Source of the DNA: Halopseudomonas sp. | GTDB taxonomy: Bacteria > Pseudomonadota > Gammaproteobacteria > Pseudomonadales > Pseudomonadaceae | NCBI RefSeq assembly: GCF_038130085.1 | Contig: NZ_JAYPMU010000016.1 | Location: 12,465 to 76,464 of the forward strand | Length of the DNA: 64,000 nucleotides | Direction: 5' to 3' | Shown: piece by piece, positions 24,206 through 32,828 of the stretch | Numbering within the stretch: position 1 is the first letter of the stretch | How the letters are laid out: the number at the start of each line of letters is the position of its first letter | Translations under genes and position numbers: made by a program | The notes under the pieces: model-generated | What the model was told of the DNA's origin: nothing | Database searches by the model: none | The model's input: the letters and a program-made list of their open reading frames with translations, nothing else

Positions 24206-25038
24206 ACCCGCTTGAACAACTCCGCGAAACCTGGCGCCGCGATCAGGTCTTTGACTTCGTCCAGCCTGCGCCGGACTTCTCCGCCAAGGTCGACACTACC
24301 CACGGCCCGATACTGTATGTAGAGGACGTCAGCGTCAGCTTTGACGGCTTCAAGGCGCTGAACAACCTGAACCTGTACATCGATGACGGCGAACTGCGCT
24401 GCATCATCGGCCCCAACGGCGCCGGCAAAACCACCATGATGGACGTCATCACCGGCAAGACCCGCCCGGACACCGGCAGCGTCTGGTTCGGCCAGCGCAT
24501 GAACCTGCTGAAACTGTCCGAGCACGAGATCGCTCGTGGCGGCATCGGTCGCAAGTTCCAGAAGCCGACCATCTTCGAGGCGCTCTCGGTGTTCGAGAAT
24601 CTGGAACTGGCCACCGCCTCCAACAAGCACGTCTGGTACACCCTGAATAAAAACCTGACCGGCGAACAGCTCGACCGCATCGACGAGGTGCTCAAGCTGA
24701 TCGGCCTGAAAGAGCAGTTCCGCATGGAAGCCGGCGCCCTCTCCCACGGCCAGAAGCAATGGCTGGAGATCGGCATGCTGTTGATGCAGAACCCGCGCGT
24801 GCTGCTGGTCGACGAACCGGTAGCCGGCATGACCGGCGAAGAGGTCGAACACACCGCCGAGCTGCTGACCTCGCTGGCTGGCCGTCACTCGGTGATCGTG
24901 GTCGAGCATGATATGGCGTTCGTGCGCTCCATCGCCCGCAAGGTCACCGTGCTGCACCAAGGCTCGGTGCTGGCCGAAGGCACCATGGATCAGGTGCAGA
25001 ATGACCCGCGTGTGGTCGAAGTCTATTTGGGGGAATGA
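24202..25038 (+). CDS. urtD: Urea ABC transporter ATP-binding protein UrtD
   Basis: GPNGAGKT, LSHGQKQWLEIG and LLVDEPVAG. Confidence 0.93.
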   Translation: MNPLEQLRETWRRDQVFDFVQPAPDFSAKVDTTHGPILYVEDVSVSFDGFKALNNLNLYIDDGELRCIIGPNGAGKTTMMDVITGKTRPDTGSVWFGQRMNLLKLSEHEIARGGIGRKFQKPTIFEALSVFENLELATASNKHVWYTLNKNLTGEQLDRIDEVLKLIGLKEQFRMEAGALSHGQKQWLEIGMLLMQNPRVLLVDEPVAGMTGEEVEHTAELLTSLAGRHSVIVVEHDMAFVRSIARKVTVLHQGSVLAEGTMDQVQNDPRVVEVYLGE

Positions 25039-25736
25039 CCATGCTCAGCATTCAAGGTATCAACCAGTTCTACAACCAGAGCCACATTCTCTGGGACCTC
25101 GACCTCGAGCTGAAAGAAGGCAGCTGCAGCTGCCTGCTCGGCCGTAACGGCGTCGGCAAGACCACCCTGCTCAAATGCATCACCGGCCTGCTGCCGGTGA
25201 AAAGCGGGCAGATCAGCCTGATGGGCCGCGACATTACCAAGCTCTCGACCGAGAACCGCGCCCGCTCCGGGATCGGTTACGTGCCGCAGGGGCGCGAGAT
25301 CTTTCCGCTGCTGACGGTGGAAGAGAACCTGAAAATCTCACTCGGTGCCCGTCCCGACCGCGCCCGGCAGATTCCAGCGCATATCTACGAACTGTTCCCG
25401 GTACTCAAGGAAATGAAACACCGCCGAGGCGGCGACCTGTCCGGTGGTCAGCAGCAGCAACTGGCGATTGGCCGCGCGCTGGTGCTCGACCCCAAGCTGC
25501 TGATTCTCGATGAGCCGACCGAGGGCATTCAGCCCAACATCGTGCGCGACATCAGCGACGTCATCCGCAAGCTCAACACCGAGCTGGGGCTGACCGTGCT
25601 GCTAGTCGAGCAGAAGCTGCCGTTTGCCCGCCGGGCGGCGGAAAGCTTCTTCATCATGGAACGTGGGCGGATGGTCGCCAACGGCCCAATGGATGATCTG
25701 AACGACGACCTGATCCAGCGTTATCTGACCGTTTGA
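25035..25736 (+). CDS. urtE: Urea ABC transporter ATP-binding protein UrtE
   Basis: GRNGVGKT, LSGGQQQQ and LDEPTEGIQP. Confidence 0.93.
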   Translation: MTMLSIQGINQFYNQSHILWDLDLELKEGSCSCLLGRNGVGKTTLLKCITGLLPVKSGQISLMGRDITKLSTENRARSGIGYVPQGREIFPLLTVEENLKISLGARPDRARQIPAHIYELFPVLKEMKHRRGGDLSGGQQQQLAIGRALVLDPKLLILDEPTEGIQPNIVRDISDVIRKLNTELGLTVLLVEQKLPFARRAAESFFIMERGRMVANGPMDDLNDDLIQRYLTV

Positions 25737-25882
25737 CCTTACCCAACGCTGCCCGCCGCAGAGGATCGCGGCGGCGCAGTGCGTTCATTAAGGCATAGAT
25801 AACGCAGGCCCTGAATTCATCTATTCCGCTCTGCAGTATTTATGGGCCACTATTCACCGGCCCGCCTTCCCCTTGCCATGTT

Positions 25883-25896
25883 CAAACAAGTGTTCG
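25883..25896. promoter_or_regulatory. Possible PsrA-type (TetR) operator
   Basis: CAAAC-AAGT-GTTCG, one mismatch to the CAAAC-N4-GTTTG PsrA box, upstream of a beta-oxidation-type SDR. Confidence 0.35.
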
Positions 25897-25941
25897 ACAC
25901 TGGCTGCCTTTTTCAACCCGCACAAACCAAGGGGACAACCC

Positions 25942-26847
25942 ATGAGCGATATCCGTTTTGACGACAAAGTCGTCATCGTAACCGGTGCCGGCGGCGGTAT
26001 TGGCCGCGCCCACGCCCTGCTGTTCGCAAAACACGGCGCCAAAGTCGTCGTTAACGACCTGGGTGGCAGCGCCAACGGCGAAGGCGCCAACAGCGAAGCC
26101 GCGCTCAAGGTTGTCGAAGAGATCAAGGCCGCTGGCGGTACCGCCATCGCCAACCCGGACAACGTCATCAACGGTGACCGCATCGTTGAGTGCGCGATGG
26201 ACAACTTCGGTCGCATCGATGTCGTCGTCAACAACGCCGGTATCCTGCGCGACAAGAGCTTCGCCAAGATGACCGATGCCGACTGGGATCTGATCTACAA
26301 AGTCCACGTCGAAGGCGCCTACAAGACCACCAAGGCCGCCTGGGACCACATGAAGAACAACAACTTCGGTCGCATTATCTTCACCTCGTCCACCTCCGGC
26401 ATCTACGGCAACTTCGGTCAGGCCAACTACGGCATGGCCAAGCTGGGTCTGTACGGTTTCACCCGTACTCTGGCTATCGAAGGCCGCAAGAACAACATCT
26501 TCGTCAACGCCATTGCCCCGACTGGCGGCACCCGCATGACCGAAGGCCTGTTCCCGGAAGGCGCGTTCGACAAGCTGAAGCCTGAACTGGTTAGCCCGCT
26601 GGTTGCTTACCTGTGCTCCGAAGAGTGCAAGGAAACCGGCAGCCTGTTCGAAGTCGGCGGCGGCTGGATGGGCAAGGTACGCTGGGAGCGCTCCCTGGGT
26701 ATCGGCTTCAACCCGGACGAAGGCTTTACCCCGGAAGACGTTGCAGCCAACTTCGAACAGCTGTGCAGCTTCGAAGGCGCCGTCCACCCGAAAGACAACA
26801 TCGAAGCCCTGCGCGAACTGATGGCCAACATCCAGAAGTTTGCCTAA
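25942..26847 (+). CDS. SDR, MFE-2/HSD17B4-like 3-hydroxyacyl-CoA dehydrogenase
   Basis: TGAGGGIG, VVVNDLGG, NNAGILRDKSF and YGNFGQANYGMAK; start at MSDIRF. Confidence 0.9.
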   Translation: MSDIRFDDKVVIVTGAGGGIGRAHALLFAKHGAKVVVNDLGGSANGEGANSEAALKVVEEIKAAGGTAIANPDNVINGDRIVECAMDNFGRIDVVVNNAGILRDKSFAKMTDADWDLIYKVHVEGAYKTTKAAWDHMKNNNFGRIIFTSSTSGIYGNFGQANYGMAKLGLYGFTRTLAIEGRKNNIFVNAIAPTGGTRMTEGLFPEGAFDKLKPELVSPLVAYLCSEECKETGSLFEVGGGWMGKVRWERSLGIGFNPDEGFTPEDVAANFEQLCSFEGAVHPKDNIEALRELMANIQKFA

Positions 26848-26891
26848 CGGCTGACGGCCAGCGCCCAGCCACGCACTGAGCGCCAGCCAAC

Positions 26892-26927
26892 AAAAAGCCC
26901 GCCCCTGAATTAGGGGCGGGCTTTTTT
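26892..26927. terminator. Bidirectional intrinsic terminator
   Basis: AAAAAGCCCGCCCCT-GAATT-AGGGGCGGGCTTTTTT between convergent genes. Confidence 0.88.
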
Positions 26928-26947
26928 ATTGCGCATTCGCTCTGGAG

Positions 26948-27523
26948 TTATTCGACCAACGCAACATGCTTGCCCGATGCGCTGCGCCCCACCCGCCCCT
27001 CTTTCATGAGCAAACCCAGGACGCTGTAGCTGAGATAGTCTTTCGAACCGCCGCCGTAATCTGATTGCAACCCCAAGTACTTCGCCGCATCCGAGTTCTT
27101 GATGCCATCCGGGTTCGCTTTAGCAAGCTCCAACACAGCCGCCTTCATCAGCTCTAAGCCCATTTGCGCCTTCTCGTAGCAGCCATCCGGGATGTTGACC
27201 TTCACCTTACGTGAAATATTGTCCGGATTAGGACGAACCCGATTCGTCAGTAGGCCACCCTGCGAACGAATGCCAAACGCCGATATCAACTCAGCCTCAA
27301 TTTTCAGCGCCTGCTCTTCCGTGAGCCCATCTGAGATGACCGTGTGCAAGACATTCATTCCCGCGCTTTGAATCTCCGCGATGACCCTTCCCTTGTCTGA
27401 GTCATCAACCTTTGCCTGATGCTCCCAAGCGCGATTCCCAGTTCCTTTGCCGATGTAAAACGGCCTGGCGGGTTTGCTCCTCGGATCTTTCAGTGCGTAT
27501 ACATAGAACGGACTTTGCGCCAT
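26948..27523 (-). CDS. GIY-YIG nuclease (LEM-3-like) with a probable C-terminal winged-helix
   Basis: FYVYALKDP...FYIGKG..NRAWEH, conserved E (ALKIEAELI) and N (LTN). The C-terminal ~65 aa has a helix-helix-helix-strand pattern. Confidence 0.8.
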   Translation of the reverse strand: MAQSPFYVYALKDPRSKPARPFYIGKGTGNRAWEHQAKVDDSDKGRVIAEIQSAGMNVLHTVISDGLTEEQALKIEAELISAFGIRSQGGLLTNRVRPNPDNISRKVKVNIPDGCYEKAQMGLELMKAAVLELAKANPDGIKNSDAAKYLGLQSDYGGGSKDYLSYSVLGLLMKEGRVGRSASGKHVALVE

Positions 27524-27675
27524 ACAACTCCCTGTCTCGTGCGGCTGACCAACCTAGCTGACCTGTAGAGATACCCCAGCCATGCCGCCAGCGCAAAACA
27601 AAACGTCCGGCGCGTCAGTAGTAGGGACCTTCAGTGCAGCCTCTCCGTTCTGCATTTGACACTCACTGAAGCGAC

Positions 27676-28425
27676 CTAACCACCCTGCAACCAACGCTTG
27701 GTAGCCCGCTGCTTGGCAGCCATAGCGATAACCCGCCCCGGCCACACTGAGCGCCAGGTCATCGTAAACGCCCCATACAGGGTGAGTGACCGCTTGCCGT
27801 CGGCATCGATTTCGGGTTTGACCAACCCCTTATCCAGCAGCGCGTCAGACTCTTCACGCAAGAACGCGGTGATCTCGGCGAAGCCCTGCTCCGCCTGATA
27901 ATCAACTGGCTGTAAATCGCCCTTCAGACGCTGCCGCAACTGCGCATGCAACGACAGCAGCTGCTCAACGACCAGCACTTCGGGGAACTGGAAGCTCTGC
28001 TTGATGGGAAGCCGCGGATAGGCTTCAGGGCGGTTGCCATTGAGAACATTCAACCAGCGGCCATCGGCGAATTTCTGCGAAAACTCGCAGTAGGTGAGAT
28101 CCGGCTGATTAGTGGCGCTGATGCCGACGACCGTTCCCGCCAACTTCAGGTGCTCGTGCCAGTAGACGCGGAAGTAGGTGTCGGTGTGGCTGTCGTGCAA
28201 CGACGAATTGCCCACGACCACGAACCCGGCATCCATCATCTGCTCATCGAAATACGGAACACCCTCGGTGCAGCGCGTGAAAAAGTCATCATCGGAAAGG
28301 GGTTCAAACTGGACGATGGTTGGAATTTTCTGCGTCCGCCAGATGATGAAGGGGCCGACCAGGTTCATGAACAGCGGCCCAATCAACAGCAAACCGAGCA
28401 GGCCCCAAAAAGCGATTTCCAGCAT
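27676..28425 (-). CDS. Hypothetical protein with an N-terminal membrane anchor
   Basis: 249-aa ORF filling the gap, with a hydrophobic N-terminus; no family recognised. Confidence 0.7.
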   Translation of the reverse strand: MLEIAFWGLLGLLLIGPLFMNLVGPFIIWRTQKIPTIVQFEPLSDDDFFTRCTEGVPYFDEQMMDAGFVVVGNSSLHDSHTDTYFRVYWHEHLKLAGTVVGISATNQPDLTYCEFSQKFADGRWLNVLNGNRPEAYPRLPIKQSFQFPEVLVVEQLLSLHAQLRQRLKGDLQPVDYQAEQGFAEITAFLREESDALLDKGLVKPEIDADGKRSLTLYGAFTMTWRSVWPGRVIAMAAKQRATKRWLQGG

Positions 28426-28550
28426 ACAAGTCCCTATGCGCAGTGTGTTTGTCCTGCTCGGACTGTAACAAACCCAAGCGCCGCCAGTTACCCGCTACCG
28501 GCCGATCCCGTTAATGGCACATTGAAACTGCGACCTACGCCCCAAAAACA

Positions 28551-28582
28551 AAAACCCCGCACTGTTTCCAGTGCGGGGCTTT
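28551..28582. terminator. Intrinsic terminator after the ornithine decarboxylase gene
   Basis: AAAACCCCGCACTG-TTTC-CAGTGCGGGGCTTT; the U-tract is on the minus strand. Confidence 0.8.
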
Positions 28583-28631
28583 CACTTCAGCTCGCTGCGT
28601 TCAGTTTCAACCGCCCGCAGGCTGAGTCGCC

Positions 28632-29795
28632 TCAGACGTAAATCGCTTCCAGCGGCGGGAAGCCGTTGAACTCGATAGCGCTATAGCTGGTGGTGTAGGC
28701 ACCGGTGGACAGCCAGTACAGGCGGTCGCCGATAGCCAGATTCAGCGGCAGGCCGTATTTGTAGTGCTCGTACATGATGTCGGCGCTGTCGCAGGTCGGG
28801 CCGGCGATCACGGCTTCTTCCAGCTCACCCTGCTTCTCGGTCCAGAGCGGGAACTTGATGGATTCGTCCATGGTTTCGATCAGGCCGGAGAACTTGCCCA
28901 CGTCGGTGTAGACCCAGCGCTCCAGTGCGGTGTGCGATTTACGCGAGACCAGTACCACTTCGCTGACCAGAATACCGGCGTTGGCAATCAGCGAACGGCC
29001 CGGCTCGAGGATGATTTCCGGCAGCTCGTCACCAAAGTCTTCCTGCAGGAAGCGGGTAATTTCTTCCGCGTAGGTCTGCAGCGTATTGGTCTTGGTGATG
29101 TAGTTGGCCGGGAAGCCGCCACCCATGTTGATCATCTTCAAGACGATGTTGTCCTCTTCCTTCAGACGCTCGAAGATCACCTTGACCTTGGCGATAGCGG
29201 CATCCCACGCGCCGATGTCGCGCTGCTGAGAACCCACGTGGAAGGAGATGCCGTAGGGCTCCAGGCCCAGCTCTTTGGCCAGCACCAGCAGGTCCATCGC
29301 CATGTCGGTCTGGCAACCGAACTTGCGCGACAGCGGCCAGTCAGCGGTAGTGGAACCTTCGGTCAGAATGCGGACATAGATTTTCGAGCCCGGTGCAGCC
29401 TTGGCAATGTTGCGCAGGTCGGCTTCGGAGTCAGTGGCGTACAGGCGCACGCCCTTTTCGTAGAAGGCACGAATGTGGCGCGCTTTCTTGATGGTGTTGC
29501 CGAAGCTGATCTGCTCCGGCTTGACGCCCAGCGCCAGTACCTTCTCCAGCTCATAGATGGAGGCGATGTCGAAGTTCGAGCCCTTGTCGCGTAGCAGCGA
29601 CAGCACTTCGTTGGCAGGGTTGGCTTTTACGGCGTAGTAGACCTTGGCGAACGGAAAGCCGTCGACCAGTTCGTCATAGGCACGGTCAATGGTTTTCAGG
29701 TCAACAACCAGAAAGGGGGTTTCGCGCTGGTCAGCGGCGGCCTTCAGACGGCTGAAGGTGTCACGATCGAAGTAGTCGTCAAGTTTGATGGACAT
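28632..29795 (-). CDS. speC: Type III (alanine racemase fold) PLP-dependent ornithine/lysine decarboxylase
   Basis: YYAVKANP (PLP lysine), FDIAS, KFG, SFHVGSQ, EPGRSL, GPTCDSAD, GAYT. Confidence 0.92.
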   Translation of the reverse strand: MSIKLDDYFDRDTFSRLKAAADQRETPFLVVDLKTIDRAYDELVDGFPFAKVYYAVKANPANEVLSLLRDKGSNFDIASIYELEKVLALGVKPEQISFGNTIKKARHIRAFYEKGVRLYATDSEADLRNIAKAAPGSKIYVRILTEGSTTADWPLSRKFGCQTDMAMDLLVLAKELGLEPYGISFHVGSQQRDIGAWDAAIAKVKVIFERLKEEDNIVLKMINMGGGFPANYITKTNTLQTYAEEITRFLQEDFGDELPEIILEPGRSLIANAGILVSEVVLVSRKSHTALERWVYTDVGKFSGLIETMDESIKFPLWTEKQGELEEAVIAGPTCDSADIMYEHYKYGLPLNLAIGDRLYWLSTGAYTTSYSAIEFNGFPPLEAIYV

Positions 29796-30111
29796 GGCGT
29801 CGGCTCCAAAGCATTAAGTTCGGGTGACGGACCGCGTGGGGACGAAAAGAGGATCAGATATGCAGGGCAGAGGTGCACACGCACGCCCCGCTCGATGAGC
29901 AGGAGCCTGAGGTACGCCTTCCGACGGAAGCGACTCTGAACGCTTTCAGCCAACACACAACCCGGGGGTGCGAACGTCTGATCAGTATCCCCACTTTGGT
30001 TCGCCTACTTCCCAAGGCGTGCGCCGAAAGCAATAAGTCCGCTCTGTTCCGCGGTCTTGCTGTCTCGTCGTCAGTACTTGAGCCGTATGGATCGTGCCAG
30101 CCTCAACGTTC
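29796..30111 (-). ncRNA. Candidate structured 5' leader of the ornithine decarboxylase gene
   Basis: About 315 nt between the predicted promoter and the ATG, with hairpins UUGAG(G)CUG...CGGCUCAA (30078-30106) and CGCCU-UGGGAAGU-AGGCG (30002-30019). Confidence 0.45.
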
Positions 30112-30118
30112 GGAGCGA

Positions 30119-30147
30119 ACCTTAAAACCAAGCGACCCGGCGGTCAA
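30119..30147 (-). promoter_or_regulatory. sigma70-like promoter for the decarboxylase leader
   Basis: Minus strand reads TTGACC-N17-TAAGGT. Confidence 0.6.
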
Positions 30148-30232
30148 TAGCAGGCGACCATTTATCTGGGACAACACCATTCCAGAGATTCTCCCGAGGC
30201 AAGCCTTGCACCTTCTTAATTGTTGCAAGACG

Positions 30233-30255
30233 TAATGAGAACACCTATCATTTGC
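30233..30255. promoter_or_regulatory. Fur-box-like site upstream of exbB
   Basis: TAATGAGAACACCTATCATTTGC, 12/19 matches to GATAATGATAATCATTATC, directly upstream of a TonB operon. Confidence 0.55.
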
Positions 30256-30283
30256 ACCTCAATTTTCTCTCCGGAGACCTCCA

Positions 30284-31120
30284 GTGACAGTAGAAGCCAC
30301 CACGCCAACCGCAATCGAACCCGCAGCCACCGCGCTCGGCACCGCCGTTCCTGATGCTGCTATCGACGCAGCGGCAACCAGTGCTGCTGCGGATCCCTCT
30401 CTGACTACCGCCCCCCTGGATGCCAGTCTGAACGCTGCGGTTGACAGTGTTGAGACAGCAACCACGCTGGTCGATACCCTGCGCGAATGGCTGATTGTCG
30501 GCGGCCCAGTGGTCTGGATTCTGCTGGGTATGTCGGTTATCGCACTGAGCATCCTGCTGATCAAACTGTGGCAGTTCTACCTGCCGGCGCCCGAAGGCGC
30601 CCGCGCGGTACGCCGCAGTCTGGCGCTGTGGCACCGGGGCCAGGCCGATGAGGCCATCGCCCAACTGAACACTCGCCAGACTGTGCCAGCCGTATTGCTG
30701 CTGGCGATGCGTGGCAAGCGCAGCGGCACCGACCAGGAACTGCTGCGCGAAGAGCTGGAGCGCGTTGCCAGCTTCCGCCTGAACCAGTTGAAAATGCTGC
30801 TGCGCCCGCTCGAAGTGATCGCCAACCTGGCGCCGCTGCTCGGCCTGCTGGGTACCGTTCTGGGCATGATCGTCGCGTTCCAGAACATGGAAGCGGCTGG
30901 CAGCCGCGTTGATCCGTCCGTTCTGTCCGGCGGTATCTGGCAGGCGCTGCTGACCACGGCAGTGGGTCTGGCAGTCGCCATTCCGGTGGTTGCGGTGCAC
31001 AGCTGGCTGGAGCGCCGCGTAGAACGCATCGCCGCCAGTCTGAACGATGCCGTCACCCAGGTGTTCACCCACCAGCCCAAGCCCCCGGTCAGCAGCGGAA
31101 AAGTCGCCAATGCAGCTTGA
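30284..31120 (+). CDS. exbB: MotA/TolQ/ExbB proton channel protein
   Basis: IANLAPLLGLLGTVLGMI and GIWQALLTTAVGLAVAIP. Confidence 0.92.
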   Translation: MTVEATTPTAIEPAATALGTAVPDAAIDAAATSAAADPSLTTAPLDASLNAAVDSVETATTLVDTLREWLIVGGPVVWILLGMSVIALSILLIKLWQFYLPAPEGARAVRRSLALWHRGQADEAIAQLNTRQTVPAVLLLAMRGKRSGTDQELLREELERVASFRLNQLKMLLRPLEVIANLAPLLGLLGTVLGMIVAFQNMEAAGSRVDPSVLSGGIWQALLTTAVGLAVAIPVVAVHSWLERRVERIAASLNDAVTQVFTHQPKPPVSSGKVANAA

Positions 31121-31505
31121 AGCCTTCCCGGGCAAGAAGCGTCGCGGCATCAGCCTGACACCACTGATTGATGTGGTGTTCATCCTGCTGCTGTTCTTCA
31201 TGCTCTCCTCCAACTTCATGCACTGGCGGCAGATCACCCTGTCGTCAGCGGAACAGTCCGAGCAGACGCCGGACAAGATTGAAGTGGTGCGCGTGGAGTC
31301 CGATGCAGGCCGCGTAAGCCACGCAGGCAAGAGCTATCAGCTGCAGGATCTGACTGCGCTGAGCGCGCTGGTTGCCGCCAACCCGGATGCGGTCTTCGCC
31401 GTTGAAGCCGCGCCCGAGGTCAAGACTCAGACGCTGGTGTCGCTACTCGACCAACTGCACCGCGCCGGTGCCCAGAAGGTCTCCATGACCGGAGTGCTGC
31501 CATGA
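31110..31505 (+). CDS. exbD: ExbD/TolR family protein
   Basis: SLTPLIDVVFILLLFFML; start at MQLEAF overlaps the exbB 3' end. Confidence 0.9.
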   Translation: MQLEAFPGKKRRGISLTPLIDVVFILLLFFMLSSNFMHWRQITLSSAEQSEQTPDKIEVVRVESDAGRVSHAGKSYQLQDLTALSALVAANPDAVFAVEAAPEVKTQTLVSLLDQLHRAGAQKVSMTGVLP

Positions 31506-31930
31506 AGCTGGTTGCCGAAAACAGCACCCGCAAGGACAACGGTGACGATCAGCTGATCCCGCTGATCAATATCGTGTTCCTGATGCTGATCTTCTTCATG
31601 GTTGCCGGCCAGATCAGCCAGTCCGACGCCACCTTCGTCTCGCCACCGGAGTCGATCGCTGACGCACCGGTTGACGACAACGCGCTGCAGATTCTGATCG
31701 ATGCCGAGCTGAACATCTGGCTGAAGGACCAACAGATCACGCTGGAGGAACTGGAAGCGCCATTGATCGATGCGTTCGAGCAGGTGGAAGACCCGGAAAG
31801 CTTTACCCTGGCGGTCAAGGCCGATGGCGAGGTACCCGTCGAGAACCTGCAAGCGCTGCTGCAGCGCATCAAGGCCGCTGGTTTTCGCCGCGTCACCCTG
31901 CTGACCCAGCCGGGCGAGGCGCTACCATGA
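31502..31930 (+). CDS. exbD: ExbD/TolR family protein (second paralogue)
   Basis: LIPLINIVFLMLIFFMVAG (Asn at the usual TM Asp position) and KADG. Confidence 0.88.
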   Translation: MKLVAENSTRKDNGDDQLIPLINIVFLMLIFFMVAGQISQSDATFVSPPESIADAPVDDNALQILIDAELNIWLKDQQITLEELEAPLIDAFEQVEDPESFTLAVKADGEVPVENLQALLQRIKAAGFRRVTLLTQPGEALP

Positions 31931-32676
31931 TCCGCACACATCACTGGATCGGTGCGGTCCTGCTGGCAGCCCTCGCACATATCGCAGTTTTCGCGCTGCT
32001 GGCGTTCAATCCGCCCAAGGGCACCGCTGCGGCGCAGGGCGAGATGGGTATCGAGATTGACCTGGGCATGCTCGGCGACCTGGGCCAAGCTCAGGAAACA
32101 CAGCAGCCCAAGGAAGTCGCGCCACCCAAGCCAACACCACCGCCACCGCCGCCGGAACCAACGCCGGAACCGCCGCGCCAGCAGGCCCAGGCGCGGGTGC
32201 AAGCCAAGCCCAAGCCGCGCCCTGAGCCGCCACGCGAGCAGGTCGAAGCGCCCCAGCCGGCCCCAGAGCCTGCGCCGGCAGCACCTGCAGTCGAGACTGG
32301 TCAGAGCGACGCCAATCAGGCACAGCTCAAACAGTCTACCGGCGTCGGCAACGCCGCCACCGCTGGCGGCATGGGCGGCGCGTCTACCGATTACAAGGCC
32401 AAGATCGCGGCCAGCCTGGCACGTCACAAGCACTACCCTCGCGCCTCACGTCGGCGCCGCGAAGAAGGCGAGGTCATCCTGAGCTTCGTTATTCACCGAG
32501 ACGGCACGGTGACCGACGCACGTGTCAGCAAGAGCTCCGGAGTCACCAGGCTGGATCAGGCTGCGCTGAAAACGCTGGAAAATGCGTCTCCGTTCCCGCC
32601 CTTCAGCGACGACATGACAGAAACACAAATGAGCGTACGCGCGCCGATCGACTTCACGGTGGTCAATCGCCGCTGA
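31927..32676 (+). CDS. tonB: Energy transducer TonB
   Basis: N-terminal TM, Pro-rich linker, and YPRASRRRREEGEV..F.I..DG.V..SSG..LD.AA TonB C-domain. Confidence 0.92.
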   Translation: MIRTHHWIGAVLLAALAHIAVFALLAFNPPKGTAAAQGEMGIEIDLGMLGDLGQAQETQQPKEVAPPKPTPPPPPPEPTPEPPRQQAQARVQAKPKPRPEPPREQVEAPQPAPEPAPAAPAVETGQSDANQAQLKQSTGVGNAATAGGMGGASTDYKAKIAASLARHKHYPRASRRRREEGEVILSFVIHRDGTVTDARVSKSSGVTRLDQAALKTLENASPFPPFSDDMTETQMSVRAPIDFTVVNRR

Positions 32677-32828
32677 ACCGTAAGCCAAAGAGCAAGAGCA
32701 GTGCCTGAAAGGATCAAACCGTAACGCGGCGTTAAGCCTCGGCGATTTCCTGCAAGCGGACGCATTCCAGAGAAGAATGCGCCGCCGCCAACAAGGAAAA
32801 AGCCACATACTCCAGGAAGCAAGAGAGC

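Noticed and set aside
26840-27690. GCCTAAC (26841-26847) and GTTAGGT (minus strand, near 27676), suggesting integron attC cores around the GIY-YIG gene
   Set aside because: The two sites are not arranged as R''/R' within one attC, there are no L boxes, and no integrase is in the window.
32100-32300. Low-complexity CCG/CCA repeats
   Set aside because: They encode the normal Pro-rich TonB linker.
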